A stretch of DNA of 64,000 nucleotides from Laetmonice hystrix (taxonomy: Eukaryota): positions 20,708,001-20,772,000 of the forward strand of contig OZ249442.1 of assembly GCA_965235115.1 (NCBI GenBank), read 5' to 3'. This document shows positions 1 through 10,312 of the stretch, piece after piece (the stretch's first letter is position 1; every line of letters begins with the position of its first letter). The notes under the pieces are model-generated. The model saw only the letters and a list, made by a program, of their open reading frames with translations. It searched no databases and was not told where the DNA came from. The translations under genes and the position numbers were made by a program.

Positions 1-1894
1 CAAAGCGTCGGGCTACCGTTCAGCTAGCACACCCAGGCATATCTTCACGAAGGATCAGCACCAAGTCAGTGGTGTGGTTAGACCTGCTGATCGGTCTCCT
101 AGTACTATGACACGGATAATCTTACTCGCAGCTCTCAGTCTAGACTCTCTGACTACCTTGTATCCTCACCCGATCTGACAGCTGGCCGAAACTCGCGGCT
201 CTGGCGACGTCACACTTCCGGGTGACCTGACTGTTTTTGATTGGCTGAATCAATCTCCCATGTGATAATGTGATGTAAAATGGCGCCGAGTTCATTTCTC
301 GGCTAGAGGTACGGTACTCGTAGTTTAAGGTTGGCATTCTCGTTTATGTAAAACCTATTGACCTGCATTTATTGCTGATGTTATTCTTTATTGTATAAGG
401 CATATGGGAAGGTATAAGGTAGCTGGATTGTTGCATTTGGCTTTAAGTGACAGTGACATTTCACGTCAGAGGTAATTTGATTTTCTTTGTGAACCAAGAC
501 TTAAACCAATCATATCAGGAATTTTATACGTATACGTGGCCTTTGACCAAAAATATATATGTCTGTATGGCGATTCTGTCTGTTTAAAAAAAGAGGCTAA
601 TCCCTCTATAGTTCCACCCGAATTGGTGACTATACCGTACCTAGTGATATAGCTATGACTTGTATCAGGTGTGGTATCGTTACGTGGTCAAGAATATTAG
701 GCCCAGATACACCTGTAGACAGATTTGTTTGACGCCCCTCTTCGATAGGCCTAGGCCTACTTTATGTCACTGGTGTAAGCCCCTATAACGAGTGAGGTGG
801 CGCGCATGTTCCTATTTGGGCCGAAGATTGCCGAAAGGACTCGAGTGTGAGAATGTGGTGGTTAATTCGAGGGGACGTGAACGTTCCGATTTATGACAGT
901 CAACACGTTTCGATGGTCTCACGCACCCGTCGCGTGCTGTCGCGCGACAAAAGCGACGGAGATGTTCGCGACAGGTTTTCTCCCACGTAAACCTTCCCTG
1001 AGTGTGTCCAATCTTCAGATCTTAACCGAATACCCTTTCCTATATCTAACAAGAATAGCGGTACGTCCGTGATAATAGGTACTCAAAGAACTAAGACGCT
1101 AGGGCGCAGTCTTGGACAGAATCAAATATGTGGCCTATACGATCCGCTGAAAAAAAATGTCGAAGATGTCTAGAGAGCTATAATGGTAGATCTATATAAA
1201 CATTTGGCAAATCCAGATCTAGGAAACACGCATATTGTTCTATTTAATCAGGCATTTTGTGGTTAGATAGTAATGATTTTAAGTGAAGTCTATCGTTCAA
1301 CAAAATTATTCGCATAAGCTGGGGTTTCCCCATGCAGAGTACGTTTGGGCCGTGCAAAGTTTCCTTTGGAAGATCTGGAAATCCGATCAAGACAATGAAG
1401 TTGGCCCGGAAGCAGCATCATTCAGACAGATACCGTGGAAATGTGGCGAGAAGATCTTCCCCCGGAAATTAGTTGCTGGTGTCGCGTCCTCCTTACGCCA
1501 CCGTAGTAAAGCTTCACCTGCCGTGTGGTGCATACATAACATTTGTCGGGGAACTAACAGTATGAACTTTATCAAACCTGTGCTGCGTAATATTGCCCAA
1601 AATTCCCATCGAAATGGTCAGATCGGATGTATTATAGCTAAAAACAGAGAGTTAAATAGAGAATTACTAAGGGGTGCAGGCCGATATCTTTTGGTATCAA
1701 AACAAGCTCCTATAACATTGAATTCTATTTTCAAGGTTTTTGGCCTATGTTTCATTACTTCAAGGATATTTGCATGCTTTATGAATGCAGAAATAGTTGA
1801 TTACCTCCCATCAACCCCAAGCTCCAGCAAGGATATAGGGTTTTACAGTAACACTGCATAGAGTCTATATAGGCCTACTTTGTTTTATATCCTG

Positions 1895-2024
1895 GGCCCA
1901 TTTCGTAAAATCTTAAGATGTTGCTTAGCTTAAGCTTAACGCTTCTGATTGTATGCCTAGACCAGCCAATCAGAAACCTTAAGCATAAGCTTAAGCAACA
2001 TCTTAAGTTTTTACGAAATGGGCC
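1895..2024. mobile_element. Palindromic MITE, PIF/Harbinger-type, CTG target duplication
   Basis: TIR GGCCCATTTCGTAAAA at 1895 and its reverse complement ending at 2024; CTG on both sides (1892-1894, 2025-2027); IR extends ~40 bp inward. Confidence 0.85.
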
Positions 2025-2073
2025 CTGTTGTGCTCCAATTCCATGGGGGATTAACCTGTTTCATCCGGTTTAG

Positions 2074-4881
2074 TTACTGAAAGGCCATGAGCGTGACGTG
2101 CACGTCCGCTACCTGCTGGCCCAGTACACGTGGTACATACTGCCGGTCGCTAACCCTGACGGATATATCTACACCTGGTCAACGGTAAGACAGACTTATT
2201 ATTGTCACAACACCATTATGACAGCAATTATTCCATGCGGATTTGTCGCTGCTGGAATTAACGTGATTTTGTTCCAAGCCGATCAATAATATTCGTAAGG
2301 ATACTTTTTTATTGGTCCGGTTTCCGGTCTGGTTTTGAAACCGGACCTAGCGCGAAGACCAATGGAAAAGCGGCCTATATGCTGGTAGCCCGAGGATGTT
2401 GCATCATCATTCATTCTACATGTAGACCTGCATGCGGACTGAATCATCAGCTCATATAATTTAAGTTTAAAGTTATTAGGCCTAAACACCTCCCAAATTC
2501 AATGACTGTGGTATAGTGCATGCATGATATTGCATGTTGGAAGGAAGGCTCGCATGCTTCATGACTTTTACCTCGTAAAATAGGCTCGAGGCGGAACAGA
2601 GCTTTTTAAGAGAATGAAGACGAATGCAGTATCCACGTTAGCACACTTCTAGAAAGAAAGGTTACATTATTAACATTAGCCAGGGAAGTTTGCAAATATG
2701 TTATAATGGTTAGTATAGTTGGTATAAGCTGTAGACCATTATAGTTTAAAATCGATGTTATTTTCCTTTTCAAGGACCGGCTGTGGCGCAAAACCCGATC
2801 TTTCAATCCTGGAAGCGAATGTCGAGGCACGGATCCAAACAGGAACTGGGATTTCCACTGGGCTGGTGGGTGTGCATGCCACTTAGGAATAAATCTAGAT
2901 TGGGCAGTGCATTGGACTAGGTTAGAAATACACAGTGTAAAAGAAAGGCACAGAATTTTGGGCGACAGAGCCGTCGATTTCGGCGTATGGTGTTGCAGTC
3001 CGGAACCAGTTTGATGTGCCTACGCATGGACATATACCCCGATATATGCCCTTTTTTACTCCCCACTGTTAGCGTAAGTCGGCGCTCCTTATAATCATAA
3101 TGTTACATTATGCTCTGATAAAGTTCCCTTGTTAAAGCATAATGCACTGGTCCCAATCTTGCTACATTGTTTCAAGTTACAGCAGCGTTCTAATGTCGAT
3201 ATGGCATGACGGGCAAGGTCTCTCAATGTAATGTCTGAGTATTTACACCTAGGCCAAGGTACGTCAGGCGAACCGTGCTCGGAGAACTACCGGGGACCTC
3301 GGCCGTTTTCGGAACCGGAAACACAGGCCATCTCCCAGTTCATCTGGAAATTGCGCCATCGCCTTACGGTATATTTGACCTTACACTCCTACGGACAGTT
3401 CTGGTTGACACCATGGGGGTACACCCTGGATGTGCCCAGCGACTACGGCATTCTAGTGAGTTTAATAATGGCATCATTTCCCGACAGGCGGCACCACAAG
3501 TGTATACACTAAAGCATAAGCGATTTTTTTAACAATTGGAGCTATCACATCAAATTTATCGTAAATTGCTTGCATCAGGAAATGCATATATGTTTAAAGG
3601 TTAGTCTTAGTCCCATATGGCTTAAAGCGATCTATCGCCATCTCCTTCTCTGAAAACCCCTGTCCTTCATTCTACCCTGACTGACATAGGCCGAAATTAA
3701 TGATAAAAACTCCTTCCAGATCACTTTGGGAGAACGCGCCATCGCCGCCATGCTACTGACGGACGGCCCTGCTTACAGAATCGGGGCCTCATCGCGCATG
3801 CTCTGTAAGTCACTCTGAGGGTTTAAGACGGCAGTCAAACATAACAACCCCTTGTTTAGGGTTTAAGACGGCAATCAAACATAACAACCCCTTGTTTAGG
3901 GTTTAAGACGGCAATCAAACATAACAACCCCTTGTTTAGGGGGAATGGGCGGATCTAGGAAGAGATTCAGATGATCCTGGCCTCCATTTTCTAACCTTTT
4001 TATCGCATTCACTCAATTGACCCTTTTGTACTCCCTCTCCTTTTTTTCCAAAATCCGAAATCGGCACCAGGGAGTGCACTAAGCATGTCGCACACCTGTA
4101 CAATATGAAGATAAGGTCATAAAGACATGGACCTAGTTCGTACAAACTTAAGAATCAGAAGCGTTAAGATTAAGCTTAAGCAAGAGCTTACGTTTTCAGA
4201 AAGATTAAGATCTTAAGTTAAGCTCTGCCTTGAGCCTCTGATTGGCTGGTTGAAGCAGAGGACCAGCCAATCAGAGGTCCTAAGCAGAGCTTAAGTTAAG
4301 ATGCTAACCTTTCTTAAAACATGCCCTGGTGCCTCGAACACGGGTATTGCTTTAGCTTATAAATACGTATCCTGCTCTGTCTTTCTAACATCCCGGCTGT
4401 CTGCTCTTACTGTGACGAAATGTCGCAATGACGGGAAGACCGAGCCAAGCCCAAGCAGAGGACTTCCGCTTCCGTGCAGATTATGTCCGAGAATTCCGGG
4501 CCCGATTAACAAATTGACTTTTTTTCTGTAGACTTGGCGGCCGGGGGTTCGGACGACTGGGTCAAGGGTGCAGCCGGTGTACGGTTCTCGTATACCATCG
4601 AGTTGGCTGACGCCGGGAGGCATGGGTTCCTACTCCCGGCCGAGTACATCGACCCGACCGGGGAGCAGATGTTCCAGGCCGCCCGAACACTAGCCCTCGA
4701 TATCATTAAACAGGAGCAGAATGAAGAGAGGGCCGGAGCTACTCGACGGGGGCGGCGACTCCCACACTCCTCCAGGGCAACGCCCCCACCCACGCCCCCG
4801 CCTCGCCGGGAAGATGAGCATGAGGAGGACGGTGAGAACGTGGAGGAGGACTTTGAAGGACACAGTGCCTCGTCAGGTTGA
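2074..4881 (+). CDS. Zinc carboxypeptidase M14A, carboxypeptidase-B-like; 5'-partial, last five coding exons
   Basis: Exons 2074-2184, 2775-2865, 3253-3455, 3720-3804, 4532-4881, all GT-AG and phase-compatible. Translation carries M14A motifs [16 protein letters not shown] (Arg127), [10 protein letters not shown] (Asn144/Arg145), LTLHSYGQ (His196), [12 protein letters not shown] (Tyr248; Asp at 255 implies basic-residue specificity) and YTIEL (Glu270). The HAREW exon was not found in 1-2073, so it is presumed upstream of the window. AATAAA at 4901-4906. Confidence 0.95.
3818..3941. repeat. 40-bp tandem repeat x3 in carboxypeptidase intron
   Basis: AGGGTTTAAGACGGCARTCAAACATAACAACCCCTTGTTT at 3818, 3858 and 3898. 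Confidence 0.97.
4130..4330. mobile_element. Degenerate MITE related to the 1895-2024 family
   Basis: Shares AATCAGAAGCGTTAAG..TTAAGCAA and CCAGCCAATCAGA with the 1895 element; internal IR CTCTGATTGGCTGGT / ACCAGCCAATCAGAG; ends are decayed. Confidence 0.6.
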
Positions 4882-5281
4882 AAAACGCAGGCTTTACAAT
4901 AATAAAATCAACCCGTTACAATGATTAACCTATAACTCCGATTTCAATAGGTGATTGACTTGAGTTCCTCAATACAACTACAACCCTTGATGAGTAGAGC
5001 TTGTCCTAAAACCACTACCGCTGCCCTCTTGGAATGCACACATGGGGAAATGACGATATTAAAGAAAATGTCATTCCAACATGATTTGGCGAGTAAGGGC
5101 CTACAGGTTGGTTGTTGTATGAACAGAATTAACAAGGGGATAAGATGATGGGTTTTAGTTTTCAATATCCAAGTCAGAATCAGATTTACTTTGGAATCAA
5201 ATCTAAGGTAAATTTATATTATTTGCCTTTCATATAGTGCGATGTTGACAGGTAGACATGTAATACAATCATCATAAATAA

Positions 5282-5410
5282 AGGCCCATATACACAGACC
5301 GATTTACGGCCAATTTTTAGATACAACCGGCTTTTCTCCATAGGAACACTCTGGAGAAAAATCGGCCGTATCTAAAAATCAGCCGTAAATCGGTCTGTGT
5401 ATATGGGACT
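5282..5410. mobile_element. Palindromic MITE, Harbinger-like
   Basis: AGGCCCATATACACAGACCGATTTACGGC at 5282 and GCCGTAAATCGGTCTGTGTATATGGGACT ending at 5410; TAA/TTA flanks. Confidence 0.8.
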
Positions 5411-5772
5411 TTAGACAAGTCAGTTATAGATTTATTATTTCCATTTTTCATCCACAAAACGGTCATACACATATACATAAACGATTTCAAACGTATACAC
5501 ATACATACACATGAACCATACTATACCATTTCACTTTAGACCCCAGATAGCGTATTGAGGCAGGTCGATAGATTATATTCGTACCATTCAGACCAGAGGC
5601 ACCAGGTGCAATAAAAGCGACCCAGTGCTGACAATATGAAAGGGTTTTATATTCAGAGCACGGATTCTCCCTGGATCGGCCAGCAGAGACGTCGGCTGAC
5701 CTACTGGACGGCTGAGATTTTCTCTGGAATTGACAGAAAAATGAATGTTGAAGATGCGAATAAAAAATAAAA

Positions 5773-6131
5773 AGATGAACCAATGTTTTGTCCCGTGCAG
5801 AAGAACCAATGAGTTAGGTTTTGACCCAGATGAACCAATGAGATAGGTTTTGTCCCAGATGAACCAATGAGATAGGTTTTGTCCCATGCAGATGAACCAA
5901 TGAGTTAGGTTTTGTCCCAGATGAACCAATGAGATAGGTTTTGTCCCAGAGGAACCCATGAGTTAGGTTTTGTCACAGATAAACCAATGAGTTAGGTGTT
6001 GTCCCAGATGAACCAATGAGATAGGTTTTGTCACAGATGAACCCATGAGTTAGGTTTTGTCACAGATAAACCAATGAGTTAGGTTTTGTCACAGATGAAC
6101 CAATGAGTTAGGTTTTGTCCCAAAGGAACCA
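5773..6131. repeat. ~32-bp minisatellite, about 10-11 copies
   Basis: Unit CAGATGAACCAATGAGWTAGGTTTTGTCM repeated with small variants; it explains ORF 5588-5959. Confidence 0.93.
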
Positions 6132-6794
6132 AGGCCCTATGTGTGTCCGGGACTTTTCGATCCGGAAACTTGAGTAAATATTATGTTTGGTAAGTGAATA
6201 CTCTTTATGTGGTCAGGTCAGACAGCGTCCGTCACATAACAAGTGGGGAAACCCGTATTCTCGATCACCAGACCCTTCCCCCCTGTAGGTTATGATGATC
6301 TTGTTGACCGCTCTAGATCTAATTTAGCCTCACCTCAATGAGTAGGCTACATTATAATAATATATGAAATATTCCTCAGAATCAGAATGAAATTGTGAGG
6401 AATTTGGGGGGTTTCCTCTGATAACCATTTAATTCGTTCTATCTTTTCACATATTACAATTAAAGACGTGGCTAGAGTGCATAGTCTCTTGATACTACCT
6501 TAAGAATGAGCCGTTTGTTCAAATTTGAACTGCTTATATAGTAAGATGTTACGTCATTCGTTCTGGGAACGTGTGGCGTCGTAAGTGGCTGCTTGGTGAT
6601 GTACAGCAATCATTCTGGGATTGTATTGTACAAAAAGTTAGGCCCTACATTTAATATATATTATCTCCCTGTTCTGTCGAAATGAGGCAGATCCGAGTTA
6701 GTCACATATTGACTTCCTCTATCGTCCCCTTACCCAGACGTCCCCACCCCTACCCCCAACAAGGACGTCACCGAGGTTATGGGCCTGACAGGGG

Positions 6795-6995
6795 CGGAAT
6801 CAAACAGTAGTTGGTCCGCCATGTTTTTTGGTCCGACCGCCGTGTAGGACAACTGCCGAGTAGTCCTAGAAAGTCGGACAGTCCGACCGGGTCGGACAGT
6901 TTAGTGAAACAATTTTTTAAAACACAGACGGTCCGACTGGGTCGGACATGGTCCGTCGGCCGGTCGGACTGTCCGTCGCTGTTAGTGAAACACCC
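6795..6995. repeat. Interspersed repeat fragment with GTCCGAC/GTCGGAC inverted motifs
   Basis: Several GTCGGAC/GTCCGAC pairs and two TTAGTGAAACA copies; probably MITE-derived, termini not resolved. Confidence 0.5.
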
Positions 6996-7137
6996 CCCAG
7001 GATTTTTTTGCAGGGGGGGGGGTCAGAAGGTGCCCGAGCCGAGGGGGGGGGGGCTCCGACTGAAAATATTTAGGAATATAAAAGCCCATATACGTGCTAT
7101 TTCCCGGCTTCTCAGCATCAATCTGAAGAGCTTTAGT

Positions 7138-7250
7138 CAGTGGAGGATCCAGGGCGGCTCAGTCACAATGAAATCTTGCCGAGTGTAGCGAGACTAAAAT
7201 TGTGTTTAGATGGACCCCACCCTCTTATCAAAATCCTTGATCCCCCACTG
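7138..7250. mobile_element. Short MITE of the CAGTGG...CCACTG family
   Basis: CAGTGGAGGATCCAGG at 7138 versus CCTTGATCCCCCACTG ending at 7250. Confidence 0.65.
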
Positions 7251-7515
7251 ATTAGTGTTATTGGAAAGGGAGGGGGGGAATACCATAGAGCAGGGGAGGG
7301 GGTAGTCATGATCTCCATACCCCTGCTAGGTCTGGATCCGTGCCTGGCCTGAGGATTAGGGATAGAACTTCAGTCCCTTATACAACAAATTAGATGGAGA
7401 TGTTATCATTGGGACTCGACCGTGTATTGTGGTTTGTGGTTTGTGGTTTGTCGAAGACCGGATAGAGTAGTCCTGTGCCGATACTGCAATCTGGTAGAAA
7501 TTTCCCAATTGATAG

Positions 7516-10267
7516 ATGGAAGAGCTTTTGGACAAATTTCATGAATCATATCCTGACCAGTGGTCTCTACAAAACTGGGGTAAGTGTATATATATACTCT
7601 AGTCAAACGGATACGTAACTATATAACGGGTCAGAACGGAGAGCGTTGGTGTCAATGTCGAGAATAAGCTCCCGCTCAGTGCTGGAGAGAACGATGTCTG
7701 TCATCATGAAGTCCGAGTTACCATCGAGTAAGTCGTACACGGCGAACAGATCACAACCTCAGGTAAGTTCTTATACTCACTGAGTAATCTCACACCCACA
7801 CTCAATCATTATAATACCATAAACATTATAGAATGTCAGATACAACTTAGCGCAACTTAAAACCCTACTTCATTTTTCAATTTCCTTATAATTTATAATT
7901 GCGACATGAAAACCCAAAGTAGGGTCTAAAAAGAAGAATGTTGATAATCTTCGATGAACTGGGCATAAATGTGATTGTCTCTTTAGACTATAGACAACAA
8001 TAATTATAACCTGTTTGACATTGCGATTGTATTTATGATATCTGTTAATCAGTGTGTTCTTTCTCACAGAGGAGCCTGATTAAGAAAGTTGGTCTTGTAC
8101 TCGTTAGACGTTATTCGGATGGCCACATGAGACATTTTGTGGAAGATATAAACACAGCAGAAGTGGAAGTGGAATTAGAAATTGAGTACGTATACTCTGA
8201 AAGATAAAGTACACTACCAAGTCAAGGTTTTACAAAGATCTCTACTACCTGTTCGGATTCCAGTTTTTGCCTAAGCTATAACCTAAGATAATCCCTACTC
8301 CCTACTTTGAGAGACTTCTCCCAAAAACTCTAACCCTGTCTCCAGAAGATTAAACCTGAATCACATTTTATTTTGTTTTCTCAGACGTGGTGATCAGTTG
8401 ATCTTTGCCAAGGACGCCCTGTTGGTGGGGATGTCACACCAAGAGGTCGTCACGCATCTACGGAACCTACCGACGACATGTATTGTGGTACGTCAAATTA
8501 TCTACAATTACATGATTGCATATCAGCCTTATAATATTGATAGAAAAGGGTGAGCCCCACCCGAGTACTCAGAAAAAGGTGACCGCTATAAGCGCCGCAT
8601 GAATTCTGCGCAACCCATCCCACTTCGCATGAAGTCAGAACATATTATTAGGCCTAGAAAGAGATCTACCACTTAGGAAACCCCAGATCCTCAAAAATAT
8701 TCCCCTCGTGATCTCTTTCTGGTACTTTGCATCAATGCCTTATGTGAGGTAATTAAAAACAAATATTTAAAAAGAAAAATGACATCTGAGGAAGAGCGAT
8801 TTGGCCTGCATGCAGACCGATTTTTATGTTCGTTTTTTTAATTTTTACCAGCGTCCAGACGAACATTCCGAGGACATAACCACCGTGGTCTCACTCACGT
8901 CCAATACAGACTGGATAGGTAGGTCTATAGACTATCATAGCACACTACCACACGGTGCCGATATTATAACCACCGTGGTCTCACTCAAGTCCAATACAGA
9001 CTGGATAGGTAGGTCTATAGACTATCATAGCACACTACCACACGGTGCCGATATTATAACCACCGAGGACATAACCACCGTGGTCTCACTCAAGTCCAAT
9101 ACAGACTGGATAGGTAGGTCTATAGACTATCATAGCACACTACCACACGGTGCCGATATTATAACCACCGAGGACATAACCACCGTGGTCTCACTCAAGT
9201 CCAATACAGACTGGATAGGTAGGTCTATAGACTATCATAGCACACTACCACACGGTGCCGATATTATAACCACCGAGGACATAACCACCGTGGTCTCACT
9301 CACGTCCAATACAGACTGGATAGGTAGGTCTATAGACTATCATAGCACACTACCACACGGTGCCGATATTATAACCACCGTGGTCTCACTCACGTCCAAT
9401 ACAGACTGGATAGGTAGGTCTATAGACTATCATAGCACACTACCACACGGTGCCGATATTATAACCACCGTGGTCTCACTCACGTCCAATACAGACTGGA
9501 TAGGTAGGTCTATAGACTATCATAGCACACGGTGCCGATATTATAACCACCGAGGACATAACCACCGTGGTCTCACTCAAGTCCAATACAGACTGGATAG
9601 GTAGGTCTATAGACTATCATAGCACACTACCACACGGTGCCGATATTATAACCACCGTGGTCTCACTCAAGTCCAATACAGACTGGATAGGTAGGTCTAT
9701 AGACTATCATAGCACACTACCACACGGTGCCGATATTATAACCACCGAGGACATAACCACCGTGGTCTCACTCAAGTCCAATACAGACTGGATAGGTAGG
9801 TCTATAGACTATCATAGCACACTACCACACGGTGCCGATATTATAACCACCGTGGTCTCACTCAAGTCCAATACAGACTGGATAGGTAGGTCTATAGACT
9901 ATCATAGCACACTACCACACGGTGCCGATATTATAACCACCGAGGACATAACCACCGTGGTCTCACTCACGTCCAATACAGACTGGATAGGTAGGTCTAT
10001 ATATAGACTATCATAGCACACTACCACACGGTGCGGTCGCTAGACCTATATCCGGGCCTAGGCCGATATTACAAAATCGTCTAGTCATATCATGGTAGCC
10101 TATCTAGGTAGCCTACATGTATATGAATGAACAGACTTCACAATTCACTTTTTCTTTAACCTTTTAACCCCTAGTCCCGGTCCTTAGATCCCAAACACTC
10201 ATCTGTCCCCTGCCTTGTCTTTACTCCGGGCTAAGCCTCATTCATGAAGATGTATGCCCTGTTTACA

Positions 10268-10312
<45 letters not shown>

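Noticed and set aside
1283-1861. 192-aa plus-strand ORF and overlapping minus ORF
   Set aside because: No recognisable motif, no M14 similarity (no HAREW) and no convincing splice context; probably intronic chance ORFs.
8876-10034. Regular array superficially like CRISPR, and ORFs 8801-9604 / 9567-10016 as stand-alone proteins
   Set aside because: There are no unique spacers and the context is a eukaryotic intron; the ORFs are read-through of the minisatellite, and only 8852-8918 is securely exonic.
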